64,000 nucleotides of DNA from Cetorhinus maximus (taxonomy: Eukaryota): positions 66,588,001 to 66,652,000 of the forward strand of contig NC_135892.1 in assembly GCF_964194155.1 (NCBI RefSeq), given 5' to 3'. The position numbers were made by a program, and so were the translations under genes. Shown here one piece after another: positions 11,938 through 24,719 of this stretch. A model generated the notes under the pieces. That model worked only from the letters and a program-made list of their open reading frames with translations, had not been told where the DNA came from and ran no database searches. The number at the start of each line of letters is the position of its first letter. Position 1 is the stretch's first letter.

Positions 11938-13879
11938 TGTTACCACGGTTCCCTGGGCCAATTTGTTCACTTCCCCAGTGGGGCCCCAATTTTGTTATGC
12001 ACCCAGTTGAGGAGAATAGGTGAGGTTCCCTGCTTTATCCAATCACCTCGGTTGTTCGCAACAAGGTTAATTTAAAAGGGATCCCTTCCCCCCATGGATA
12101 CTGTCACGACTCACTGGGGATAGTGCGCTGTAATATCAAGCCCCACTCTTCCCTGAGCCGCAACAAATGTGAAAAGTTTGACCAAACCACCGGATTGCCC
12201 CAATTCTACCTAACTGTTTAATTTAGGTTAACAGAATAACGAGCACCAAGTTTGTAAAACTTAATGAGTAAATAACTGTTTATTGAACAAATTGCCTTTA
12301 ATTAATGGCAAAAGAAAGAAATATGAACGGCTAACTTATAACTCAATATCTTAAACTCTGCCCCTTCTTAAACCCCTGTACACAAACACACACACACATA
12401 AAACATACAAACCATGGATTTTAAGGGTGAGATAAAACAGTTCAATAACACCAATCCGAAGTACAGGATTAGATGGGTTGATTTTGATTGATGTTTTCCC
12501 AAATTCCTTGCAGTTTGTTGTTAATGACACGAGATGGTCTTCCAGCACTTTCAGTCTGTAGTTCACTGGTTGAAAACTTGCTTTTCAATGTCTCTACTGG
12601 TGATTTTCCCCTTTTCCTCTGACAGGGGGTTTTCAGTCAAAGCAGGTTACAGAGATATGAAGAAAAAGCAACTAGCTAGCCTTGTAGATTTACTGGAATC
12701 TTACACACACAGGATTGAGAGGTTTTAGGTGTGTTCTCTTTGCAGGCTAGGACCTCGCTGCAAAACCTTAGTCACCTGATCAGGAGCCAATTAAAATGTT
12801 GTTGCTAGGCAGTTCCCCCTATTTCAGGACCCCTTTCCAGCACCATAGGAGATAGCAACATTTCACATTCCTCATTCTGTCCCAGTGAACATGTCTTTCA
12901 ACTGCAGTCGTGGTAGTTTTTAAAGCCACAGTCCAATTTTAAAGCCACAGTCCAAGAAAAATTTAAATAAAGGTTCTTTTCAATACCTTTGCTCAGTCGA
13001 AATGTATTTATTTTTTAGAAGGAGCCAATTTAACTAAGCTTTCTTGAGTCAAAGAAAGAATAAGTTTATTAGCTATTAAAATCTAAGAAAAATAATTTTT
13101 AAAAACACACACACGCATAGATCAGAAATGAGAAGTTATGAGTTCAAATAAAGGTTTTTAAAAATATATGAATCGGTTCCTTGGCTTGTCCGTGAGGCAT
13201 AGATGGTGGTACATTGCGGCTCTTAAATTGGGTGATTCCGTTAGAGCCAACTTTGGCAGTTTCACAGTTAGTTTGGAGACACTTGGTTCTGCAGGGTTGC
13301 TGAAGAGGCTGTACTGTTTCCCTTTTGATTGTGGCTTCTGCTGAACCTTGCCTCCAGCAACAAAGAGGAAAAGACTTCACCTGCAACTGCAGGGGTGACT
13401 AGTTGGTCTTCTTGTGCTGTCAGTCTTGCAGCATGCCAGTGTGCACTGCAGCTAGATTTTTAATCCATTTTCCTGCCAGTATATTCCAAGAGAGGAAATA
13501 GTCATCTTGCATTCATATCAGAACAATTTACACATTCTGAGATATAAAACAAAAGGTGATGGATTTTTGGGTAACTGCTGAGATGTGTAAATCAGTCTTT
13601 TGTCTCCGCAAGCACAGGAGATTAAAGTTCAGTCTTTTGCAGCTTTCCTACCTCCCTTGAAGAAGGCCAAAACACCTTTTCAGGTCCGACATTCCATGTT
13701 CTCTCAGGACAGGTCTGTCAGTATGACCCACGTAGGAATTTTCCAAAAAGTGGTCACTTTACATCATCAGCCATCTTTTGCTCAGTGTCCTTGCTTGTAA
13801 TACTTTAAAAACACAGAAGTCTTCCTTAAAAAGTTCAACATGCCCATAAGTAATTCATGGTAATCAGCTTTTCATGACA
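11938..13879 (-). mobile_element. Probable solo LTR (outer), interrupted by a second solo LTR
   Basis: TGT...ACA termini; the left boundary is either 11938 or 11993. Flanks are gcaac/gtaac. A minus-strand AATAAA lies near 13066 and there is no coding content. Confidence 0.4.
12102..12982 (-). mobile_element. Probable solo LTR (inner), TG...CA with 4-bp TSD
   Basis: Begins tgtcacgac and ends ttttca. ATAC is present on both sides (12098-12101 and 12983-12986). A minus-strand AATAAA lies near 12279. Confidence 0.6.
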
Positions 13880-14176
13880 GTAACTGTTTAATATTTTCAG
13901 TTGTTAATTTATGGGATTGCCACATGGCACAGAAAATTATTTGGTTGAAGCAATCAGAAAACAAATGGATAGCTGTCTGATTCCTCAGCTACCAATTATT
14001 GTCCCCGACCCTGCCCCTTGTTACAGATGCCATCTCCATAGCTCCACTGCAACTACCTCATTGCTCCCCATGCCCCCTCGCCTACATGAGGCCCACTGCT
14101 CAGATCTCTTACTCTCCGCAGCACACCTCCTTCTGAAAAACAAGGTACTAGGCCTAATAGTGGACATGCCTCAGGC

Positions 14177-14757
14177 TCACCGCTCATGTCCAAGTATCGT
14201 GTCCTGTACCCCTTGCGTGCCCCAAAATAGCTGTGCCTGGATTTCTAAGCCATGCTGTTTAGTCAGGTTGTTGTTTAATTCTGTTAAACCAGAGTTAAGT
14301 GAATGAGAATGATAACAAAAGTCAAGTGTACAAGACAAGATAAAGAGTAGATTAGGGCTGATTTGCTCCATATTTCTCAAGAGAGGAAGGAGAATTTGTT
14401 AATCGGTGGGTTCATTAAATTTGAAGTAGGCTGCAGTCTGATAGCTAGCCTCCAACTTGAGTTTCTGCCTAAACTGTCACCGCTCATGTGCAAGTATCAT
14501 ATCCTGTACCCCTTGTGTGCCCCAAAATGGCTGTGCCTGGATTTCTAAGCCATGCAGTTTTGCCAAGTTGCTGTTTAATTCTATTAAACCAGAGTTAAGT
14601 GAATGAGAATGATAAGAAAAGTTGCGAGTACAAGAAATGATAAAGAGCAGATTAGGGCTGATTTGCTCCTTGTTTCTCAAGAGAGGAAGGAGAATTTGTT
14701 AATTAGTGGGTTCATTAAATTTGAAGTAGGCTGTAGTCTGATAGCTAGCCTACAATT
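14177..14757. repeat. Tandem duplication, 300-bp period, two copies
   Basis: tcaccgctcatgt...gatagctagcct recurs at 14177 and 14477. The ORF track shows two near-identical peptides (MRNxEQISPNLLFI...GHER/AHER). Confidence 0.95.
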
Positions 14758-15034
14758 AAAGAGTTAAGTTACTTTATTGCAGGAGGACAGATGTAACAAT
14801 AAGCAGTCTGGGAAATGGTTAAGGCACATTGCCACAGCATGGGGTGCTCTTCTAAGACTGAAATCTAGAAGGGAGCCTATGTCCAAAGAATGTTTCAAAG
14901 CTCTTTCTCAAGAAAACCTTTTGATCTTTGGCCCCAGGTTGATGCTGCTCTTTACATTATGGCAAACTATGTCACAGGATTTATTTTAAATGTGGATACT
15001 GGATAATCCAGGAATGGTGTAGGAAAGAGAGAAT

Positions 15035-16745
15035 TTTTTTTAAATTCATTCACGGGATCACGGGATCACGGGATCATGGGATGTGGACTTCGCTGACTAG
15101 GCCAGCATTTATTGCCCATCCCGAGTTGCCCTTGAGAAGGTGCTGGTAAGCTGTCTTCTTGAATCGCTGCAGTCCATGTGGCGTTGGTACATCCACAGTG
15201 CTGTTAGAGATGGAGTTCCAGGATTTTGACCCAACGACAATGAGGAATAGCAAAATATTTCCAAGTCAGGGTGGTGTGTGACTTGGAGGGGAACTTGTCG
15301 GTGGTGGTGTACCCATGTGTCTGCTGCCCTTGTCCTTCTAGGTGGTAGAAGTTGCAGGTTTGGAAGGTGCTGCTTGGTGAGTTGCTGCAGTGTATCTTGT
15401 AGATGGTACACACTGCTGCCACCATGCAGTGGTGGTGGTTGGAGTGAACGTTTAAGATGGTGAATGGAGTGCCGATCAAGTGGGCTGCTTTGTCCTGGAT
15501 GGTGTCAAGCTTCTTGAGTGCTGTTGGAGCTGCATTCATCTAGGCAAGTGGAAGTATTCCATCACTTGTGCCTGGTTTTGGGGAGTCAGGGGCTGAGTTA
15601 CTTACCGCAGGATTCCCAGCTTCGGACCTGTGCATGTAGCCACAGTACTTATATGGCTAGTCCAGTTCAGTTTCTGGTTAATAGAAACCCCCAGAAACTT
15701 GATAGTGGGGGATTCAGCGAAGATAATGCCATTGAATATCAAGAGGCGATGGTTAGATTCTCTTTTGTTGTAGATGGTCATTGTCTGGCACTTGTGTGGC
15801 ACAAATGTTACTTGCCACTTATCAGCCCAAGCCTGAATGTTGTCCATGGGCAGAATTTTCGGGGGCAGATGCGGTGGGCGGGCCCAGGAGCAGTGGGGAA
15901 ACGGGCCACCACCCGCGATCAGCCCCTGACCGCTATTTCATGCTGGCTGGCCAATTAACAGCCAGCGTGAAACGCGCGTGAGAAGCTCAGCGGTGCCGGG
16001 GTGGGGGCGGGAAGAGGGCGAGCGCTGACATCAGCACGGGCACGGGTTGCGTGCAATGAAAGCTTCCTAAAGGCAGAGAGCTGCCTCAGGGAGCTGAAGA
16101 ATTTTAAAATCAAAAATAAAGATTTGGAAATTCTGAAAAACCATGTCCCCACATAGGAGTCACTCACATGAACACACCAATAATAAAAATTACGCCAAAA
16201 CATTTTTTTAGAATTAATGTCATAAACCTCATCCCGCCCGTGGATGAGATTTCCTCAAAAATCCAAAGGCCGCCTGGCCGATTTGCCCGCCCGCTAACCG
16301 TAAGGTTGGCTGGGCAGCGAAAAATCTCTTTTAATTAATGAATTAATGGCTTTAATAGGCCTCTTAATTATCGGTGGGCCCGCTGCTGACTCACATGTGC
16401 GCCCACCGACTGAAATATCACGCTCGCCCGACATCATCGTGAACTATTTTATGATTGATCTGGTAAAAATCTGCCCCAGGTCTTGCTGCATTTGTACATG
16501 GACTGCTTCAGTGTCTGAGGAGTCGCGAATGGTGCTGAACATTGTGCAATCATCAGTGAACATCCCCACTTCTGACCTTATGATGGAGGGAAGGTCACTG
16601 ATGAAACAGTTGAAGATGGTTGGGCCTAGGACACAACCCTGAGGAACTCCTGTAATGATGTCCTGGAACTGAGGTGATTGAACTCCAACAACCACAATGA
16701 TCTTCCTTTGTGCTTGGCTTGACTCCAACCAGTGGAGAGTTTTCT
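15035..16745 (-). mobile_element. CR1 LINE (family B) 3' part, interrupted by a MITE
   Basis: GVPQGCVLGPTIFNCFISDL..MFTDD, WADKWQVTF and LDTIQDKAAHLI, with the family B tail at about 15035-15125. Confidence 0.92.
15848..16476. mobile_element. Harbinger MITE (GGGCAGAATTTT family)
   Basis: gggcagaatttt ... aaaaatctgccc, with flanks CAT/CAG. The host CR1 sequence is continuous across the insertion. Confidence 0.9.
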
Positions 16746-16749
16746 CTCA

Positions 16750-18899
16750 CATGAGAGCTAGTTGGAGGTGGATGATGGAATTTTAAAGGCACTTCAGAAG
16801 GTGTCTGCTACAGATCTGCTGAATGGAGGTGAGTACAAAGTGGGGAGCCAGTCATGACTGCCCCAGCATCACCCAAGTCCCATAAGGGGGTTTCCATGGC
16901 AAAGGCAAATGCAGCATTTGATAAGGAAGTGCCCTTTGCATTGTACAGGTGGCAGGAAGAGTGGTAACAACAGTGCTCAGGCATTGATTGGGGTTGTCAG
17001 CTCTCAGGCTTTGCAGGGAAAGGAGAACAGGGGTCAAGGCTTCCAAAGACACTTAGACAGCTACCTGCCCAGAAAGAAGGTGGCAGGTGGCAATGGGGGC
17101 ATGAATGTCAGATCCTGGACCTAATGGTGATGCAGGGTAACACCCTCTGCAGGAAAAGCAGAACCCTGAGCATCAAGAGGGTATAGGAGAGGCAGGGAGG
17201 CAACAGGAGCCAAACCATCGACACAGGATTGACTGACAAAAGCGGAGCTACCTGGAGATGACTGAAACTCACAACTCTCTAGGCAGATCGTTACAGACAT
17301 CAGTAACCTCGTCGCCGAAGATCTTTCATCTTGCAGCACTGGTCGCCCTGCCCTGCCAGTAGCCATCAAAGTCACTGAGGCCTTCAATTTATTTGCCTCT
17401 GGCTCCTTCCAAGGACCTTAGTGGCATCTAACAAGGGGCTGGACACTGCTGCATTTCACAGGTCATTGGTGCCTTCTTTGCCAGAACTGTTAAAGTACTT
17501 TCATTTAATGACAGAGGAGGCCTCAAGGGGACAGAGGGCATTGATTTTTGTCACCACCGCCGGACTTCCCCATTGCAGCGCTTCATCGATTGCACCCATG
17601 TGGCCATCAAGGCACCTAGTGACTGCCCATTCTGATTCAACAAAAGAAAACAGCTTCCAGACCCTTGATGTTTAACTGGCCTGCTGTGGAATTTTAAAGG
17701 GGGAACATCAGTTTCAGGAGGCGTTTGCTGTGGATCTGCTAAAGGGAGGTGGGTGCCTAGTGAGAATTCAATCACCGCTGCCCCAGGACATCAACCCTGT
17801 CCCATAAAAGGGTCAGTGGTACAAAGGGGGATTCAGCATTTGATAAGGAGATGCTCTTGGCACTGCATAAGTGGTGCGAAGAGCAGGAACAGCACTTGGG
17901 CATTGAATGGGGTCGTCACCTCCCAGGCTTCATGGGGGCAGAAAAGCAAGGGGGCAAGGCTGGCATGCTGAGCTTCTTCCATGTGTGCATTCAGTTTCAT
18001 GGTGGCTGCCATCGCTCCTCCATCATCCAGCAGTCCTCAAATCTCCGTGTCAATCCCCAAAGTGTTTTGGTGTATTCTAGGGAACAAGAAATATCCTTTG
18101 AAGACTGCTTACACCTTTACCAGATCCCCAGACAGAAGGATAGAAGCAATACAACCAATGCCAACTGCTCAATAGGACAACTATTGAACAAGCCATTAGG
18201 CTTCTGAAAATGCGGTCCTAGTGCCTGGGCCAGACAGGTGGCCCCCCACGTATACCTTCCTGCAAGATGTCTCGCTCATTGTGATGGTCTGCTACACTCT
18301 TCATAGCATGGCCCTCCAGAGGGTGTGGGCCTTGAGGCCAGTGAGGCTCTGGAAGGAGACAGCTCATCGGGAAAAGAGCAGGAGCAGGAGGTGAGAGAGG
18401 AGGAGAGATTGGAGGCAGTGAGAGAGGTCGCTGGACAGAGAGGTGCCCCTGCTGCAAGACAAGGTAGCCTCCTCCTGCCATCCTCCAGGTAGGGGACCTC
18501 CATCTTCTCCTTCCAGGCCTCCAGCATTAGTTCCAGGTTGGCATTGATGAAGTGAGGGACAGTTTTGCCCGGGGTGCCAGGCATCCAACTGTCACGTGGG
18601 ATTTCGCTTCCCTCCTGTGCTGTGGAAGGCTTTGGTGCAATCAACAGATTTCCCCCTGAAGACAACCAGCAGCCTCAGTTTTGGCTGCTGTGGGGAGTCT
18701 AAATCAGGCTCACACTGCACCTTTTCCAGCCCCCACTGGCTCTCATTGGATGGGAAACCCATACTCTTATCAATTAAGGGCTCACCCCTATGAAAATCTT
18801 AACTTGAATCACTTTCTCACAGGAGGGGGTTTTCTTGACCCAGAAACAAACCCAATTCTGGTTTCCCAGCAGGAAAAATTCATGGGAAAAATTCAGCTC
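16750..18899 (+). mobile_element. Decayed Harbinger: transposase remnant (+) and Myb 5' remnant (-)
   Basis: LPVAIKVTEAFNLFASGSFQG, IDCTHVAIKAP and ILGNKKYPLKT on the plus strand. Minus ORF 18276-18665 reads PHFINANLELMLEAWKEKMEVPYLEDGRRR. Confidence 0.8.
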
Positions 18900-20699
18900 T
18901 TAATCTTTCTTACAAGTCCATACAATTCTGTCACTGGTTGAATATAATGTGCTTTCTTTATGTGTAAACTATATTAAAATAGAACTTAACCAAGATAATT
19001 CCAAGACATAGTTCCAGGAGATGAATTACTGCCTAAATACCAAGAAATTGACAAGAATGATAGAATCATAAATATGTTTATACCCTGATTTATGTTACTT
19101 GTAGAACACGCAGGAAAGAAGCAGCGGCTGCAACTGTTGGTGATACATGGGTTATTCATCATACTCAGAGATGGAGGCAGGACATAAATGGTACTTCATT
19201 ATTGATATTTATACAATCTCATTCTAATTTATTAGAAAGATCAATATTATGGCTGCAATTATCAGTGCCATCTCCCCATGAGGCAATAGAACCTTCTCCT
19301 TCATCAGGGAGAAAGGCTAGGACTCTTTTCTTCAGGATAGTGTTCTGGCCATGGACAGGCTTCTGCCTGCTGGAATTCCAATCCATTTTCTTGGCCAAGA
19401 GTCTCTTCTAGTATGCAGTGGGATGCAGTGTGACTGCTGCCCACCAATACAAGGAAGAGGATCCTGATGATGTTGCAGCTTTGACATGACTGCAACACCA
19501 GTAAAGACGTTAAAGGATCTTAATGTGTCAGAAGAGCTTTGAAGTTCGGAAGAAAGGGCCTTGATACTTATAGCAGGTAGCTGGGTTAGTCCTAAATTGG
19601 AGCGGGAGAGACATCTTCAAGACCTTCTGACTTTGTTGGGAACCTTGTGGCCTTTGCCACTGTTTCCTGAGGCCTACTACTGCTTTTCACAACAAAGCCC
19701 TAGGAAGCAATGATAAACAAGATGAATTGCAGGGAAATTTTGTGGAGACCAAGCTGCACTCCCCAGTGAGGTGGCTGGGAAAAGTGTAATCCAGCAGGAG
19801 TCCCAGCAGGATAAGAGGAAGGAAAGCCAGTGCAGGCAATAAGACAACAGTGGATCTCATTGCCCCAATTTCCCCTCACTTCCTCATGTGCCATGAGTCC
19901 ACACAGGAGAGACCAGACCGTAATTTCATATTCAGAGTCAAGCTTACCGATCAACATCAAGAAATATTCCAGTCAACAAGATTCAAAATGAGGGATTCAA
20001 TCGCCTAAAAGAAACCTGAAAGTCAGGTATCGTTTCTAACTAGACTCTACCAGGCAACAGGCATCTGATTTGCACACCCAGAGGTTCAGGGAAAATGCCA
20101 TTAACTGATGTCAGGGACCTGTCAAGAGCTATCACTTTTATGCACAAAGCCCAAGATCATAAGAACATTTCATTCTGTTTTCCGATATCTGATGACCTAC
20201 TATATTTGGGCCCTAATTAAAAATCACAAGGCTAACATGTTGTTGGAAACAGATAAAGAATTTATTTGCTGAGAGAAGGCCTTTGTATGAATACACCTCA
20301 GGTATTCAATGATTTTTAGTAGGCCTTGACAAAGCTTCACATTATGTCCTATCCAAAATTGACTAGTTTCTTTTATTCTGTACATATTAATAGACCTCAC
20401 AGAGAGTCAATGTTAGGTCATGAATTGTAAAGACAGACACAATTTGTTATTAATGTTGAATATAAATAGTTCAAAATATGATTCAAAATTAGGGATAATT
20501 GTCTGGTTCATGTAATAGCCTTTCAATTTCTCCAATCCATAAATATTAGATTAATTATTTAGTTTGATTTAATTTATGATTAAACTAACCAAAAGAGAGG
20601 TCATCAAAAGAGCTAGGTACATATGATAGCATCAATCAACATCTTGAGAGTTCACCAAATGAGAATCCTGATGTCTCCTCAAGTAGCACCTGATACAGC

Positions 20700-21087
20700 C
20701 AATTGGGCCCCACAATCTGGCATTCCCTCCCTCAACCCTTCTGTCTATCTACCTTCCACTGCCCCTTTCAATGTAGTGAATTGAAAATTACATTGTGTGT
20801 TTTATCACTTAAGGCTACCATACACATGTACCAGCAGAGGGAGAATAAAGGAATCCATGTTTTAACAGCACATGAAGTTATGATTCTGAATGCTTCATAC
20901 TGAAGCTTACTGTTTCTTCCCAAGAATTTCACTTTCAGGACTTCTTTAAAATCTACTTCTTCAACCAGAAGGGATATTTGGCCACCCCTCCTCATATCTC
21001 CCATAGTTTGGGTGTCCATTTTTGTCTAATTTAACTTTTGGATATTTTCCTGTGTCAGAGGTATATAAATGCATGTTGTTATTGTTG
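20700..21087 (+). mobile_element. Old L2-type 3' end fragment
   Basis: Contains ctggcattccctccct..., cttcaaccaga... and a tatataaatgcatgttgttattg tail that resembles the reverse complement of the tail at 7203. Confidence 0.5.
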
Positions 21088-22259
21088 CATAGAATTATTA
21101 TAGTGAAGAAATAAAAAGAGTAATGTAAGCTTGATTTTCTGTATATACTTATTATTGCACATTTGATTTATGTTCCCGAATGAGGAATTGAGTCTATATT
21201 AAACTGGAGTACTGGGGACATTGTTTAACAAGAAACCCATTTTTATCCCTTTTCATCCAATATAGTTCCACACGTTTTTTCTAATTCTTTTCAACAAAAA
21301 ATGTCATATTCTTAAGCTTAGAAATAATGTAATGAAGAGAGATGATTAGCTGTAATAAATGAATTACACTTACAATAGAATGATATGACCTACAATTGGG
21401 CAGAAACACTCGGCAACTTGACAACTAATAATATGGTTGCAAATCTTTCCACCAATTGTGTTACTGCATATTTGCTATTTGAAATGATTTTGCCCTCAGG
21501 CTGTATGCCTAACATGGAATGTATATTGTAAATATCGAGAGTATTAAATCGTACAGAGGCATCTAAGAGTGGAACATACTGTATGGAGACGTGTTGAATT
21601 TTATTGCACTTTCTGTAATTTTCATGTCAGAATGTTTTGTAATGTACTTTTACAAATTCTATGGATAAAGTATATTTTTGGAGAAAAAAGTGCTGCATAT
21701 TTACTGTACCCTGGGGGCACTTTAAAAGATGAATCGGTGTTCTTAAAAACAGATGTATTGGGGTGGATTTTGGCTTTGTGTGGTGGTGTAAAATAAGTGA
21801 TAACGAATTGACAGCCTTTGTTATTAATATCAGTGAAAATAAAAATTGGGAAAGATGTAAAACAGGCTTCCAATTCACTTAACAACCATTTACACTATCC
21901 TACAAAGTCAAAACCTACCCCACTAAGTCAGAAGGTTTCGTTCTATATTTTTGTAAGAACTATTCTAAGTTACTTGGGTCAATAACAATAGTCTCTGTAT
22001 ACTTCCCCTTGAGAGGCAGTCTAGTGTTGATTGTCCATTGAAATAAATTGAGATAATAAAACACAAACACAAAGACAGCAGTTAAGAAAACAGTGATACG
22101 AAGATTACCTCTTAAAATTAATGACATCCACGCTGTATCTCTCAAGAGTCTACATTCAACCCACAGATCCATCGATATTTTCTTTTTAAAGTGACATTTA
22201 TTAAATAGAAAAAACCCCAACAATTTTTAAGCTAGGATCCTGATTACAATAGCAGGATT

Positions 22260-22989
22260 TTTATTTATTTATTTGTTCATGGAATGTGGGTGTCACTGGC
22301 TAGGCCAGCAAATAAATGCTAGCCAACCCCTAATTGCCCTTGAGAAGGTGACAGTGACCAGCCTTCTTGAACCACTGCAGCCCTTGTAGTGTTAGGAAGG
22401 GAGTTCCAGGATTTTGACCCAGAAACAGTGAAGAAACGGAGGCATAGTTCCAAGTCAGGATGATGTGTGACTTGGAGGGGAACTTGCAGGTGGTGGTGGT
22501 GTTCCCATGTCTCTGCTGCCCTTGTCGTTTCAGGTGATAGAGGTTACAGGTTTGGAAGTTGCTGTTGAAGAAGCCTTGGTAAGTTGCTATAGTGATCTTG
22601 TCGATGGTACACAATGCTGCCACTGCGCATTGGCAGTGGAGGGAGTAAATGTTTAAAGTAGTGGATGGGGTGCTAATCTTGGATGGTGTCAAACTTATTA
22701 AAACCTGTTGCTGGATCTGCACTCATCCAAGCAAGTGAAGAGTATTCCATCACATTTCTGACCTGTGCCTTGTAGATGGTGGAGAGGCTATGGGGGATCA
22801 GGAGGTGAGTTATTTGCCGCAGGATTCCTACCCTCTGACCTGCTCTTGTAGCCACAGTAATTGCATGGCTGGTCCAGTTCAGTTTCTGGTCAATGGTAAC
22901 TCCCAGGATTTTGATATTGGGGGATTCAGCAATGGTAATGTCATTGAATATCAAGGGACGATGGTTAGATTCTCTCTTGTTGGAAATGG
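22260..22989 (-). mobile_element. CR1 LINE (family B) 3' fragment
   Basis: KILGVTIDQKLNWTSH..YKAQVRNVMEYS, plus the family B tail. Confidence 0.92.
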
Positions 22990-23320
22990 AATTCTTATTG
23001 AATTATGGAATAGACCCAAGGGGCTGAATGGCCTGCTCCTGTTCCTATGTTCCCAAAGAGAGAACTCAAATTTTGGGATTCCCCTAACTGATCCTCTCTG
23101 TGACCACCATTTTCTAGATTGTAATGTGCAAGCACTGGGATGTTAATCTGTGGAGTGTTAGGCAATTTCTATATTTAAAAAATGTATAAAATGTTGAAAT
23201 CTAACTGCTGTATTTCCCCATTTTTACTTATTAAAGTGTTTATTTTTATTCCAAGGCCATACTGCAATAAATGTGGTGGGGATTTCCAATTATTTTCAGA
23301 GATGGTCAATTCCTTCTCCT

Positions 23321-23924
23321 GGGTTGAGTTTGGAGGTTGGGGTGGGGTGGTATTTAACCGGGCAGGAGGGTGCCAGGTGGGAACCCAGCCAGCTTCTCAC
23401 CTCAGCCCTTAGAAAGTCCGGGATGGAAATGCTCATGTCCAGTCTTCCTGCTCCACTGTCAACTGATGCCCCTTAAGTGGGAGACTCGCCATGCAGGGAG
23501 CCTGAAAAACAACACCCTGTTTCTAAAAGCTTGATCGAGGGGCCCAACATCAGGAAGGGGGGAGGGCGCTGAAAGCCAGCCCCCACCCCTGATGTTGACC
23601 ACCCCCTCTGCCCCCCTCCCTCATGACCACACCCCACAACCCGCATTCGGCCCTCATTCAACTGTTGCCTGGGCCACTTGCTGATCTTGGGCCTCTGGTG
23701 GGTGCATTGCCGGCAGCTGCCTCTGGTCCCGCTGGCACTGCCTGCAATGGACAACTGCCAGCCTTTCGTTGCCCGGCAGCTCTCGGGGGGCAGAATTTCC
23801 ATTCCTGGGGAAGACTTGCTGCTGACCACTTAAATGCCTGATAAGGCAGGCCTCCCCCAAAGGAAGCGACTTGGGGCTCTCGCCAGTGAGACACCCGTCA
23901 CACTGGGCGGGTTAAATTCCACCC
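23321..23924. mobile_element. Probable old Harbinger-type MITE
   Basis: GC-rich island bounded by gggttgagttt and aaattccaccc, the same terminal type as at 11059. Confidence 0.5.
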
Positions 23925-23944
23925 ACAGTGTGAAGGCAATGGGA

Positions 23945-24712
23945 GTAGAGACAATAGAAACAATACAAAATGAAAGGTAGAATTCTAAAAGGGGTGAAGG
24001 AGCAGAGGGACTTGGGTGTATATGTGCATAAGTTATTGAAGGTGGTAGAGCAGGTGGAGAGAGCAGTTAATAAAACATACAGTATCCTAGGCTTTATTAA
24101 TAGTGGCATTGAGTACAGCAATAAGGAGGTTATGTTGAACTTGTATAAGTCACAACTTCGGCTTCAGCTAGAGTATTGCGTCCAGTTTTGGGTGCTGCGC
24201 TTCAGGAAGGATGTGAAGGCATTAGAGAGGGTGCAGAAAAGATTCACGAGAATGGTTTCAGGGATGAGGAACTTCAGTTATAAAATCAGATTGGAGAAGT
24301 TAGGGCTGTTTTCTTTGGAGGAAAGGTGGCTGCAAGGAGATTTGGTAGAGGTATTCAAAATTATGAGGGGTCTGGACAGATAGGGAGAAACTGTTCCCAC
24401 TCACGAAAGGATTGAGAAAGGGAGGGCACAGATTTAAAGTAATTGGCAAAAGTGACATGAGAAAAATCTTTTTCACGCAGCGAGTGGTTAAGGTCTGGAA
24501 TACATTGCCTGAGAAAGTGGTGGAGGCAAGTTCAATTGAAACATTCAAAAGGGAATTATACTTATACCTGAAAAGGAAGAATGTGCAGGGTGATGGGGAG
24601 AAGGCAGGAGAATGGCACTAACAGAATTGCTCATTTGGAGAGCCAGTGCAGACATGATGGGCCAAAAGGCCTCCCCCTGCACTGTAAAAATTCTATGATT
24701 CTGCGATTTTGT
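23945..24712 (+). mobile_element. CR1 LINE (family A-like) 3' fragment
   Basis: EQRDLGVYVHK..LEYCVQFW..LERVQKRFTRM..FFTQRVVKVWNTLP, with the tail ttctatgattctgcgatttt. Confidence 0.95.
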
Positions 24713-24719
24713 GATAGAG

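Noticed and set aside
15051-15082. (cacgggat)x4 repeat as a regulatory site
   Set aside because: It sits in a CR1 3' tail and is best explained by slippage.
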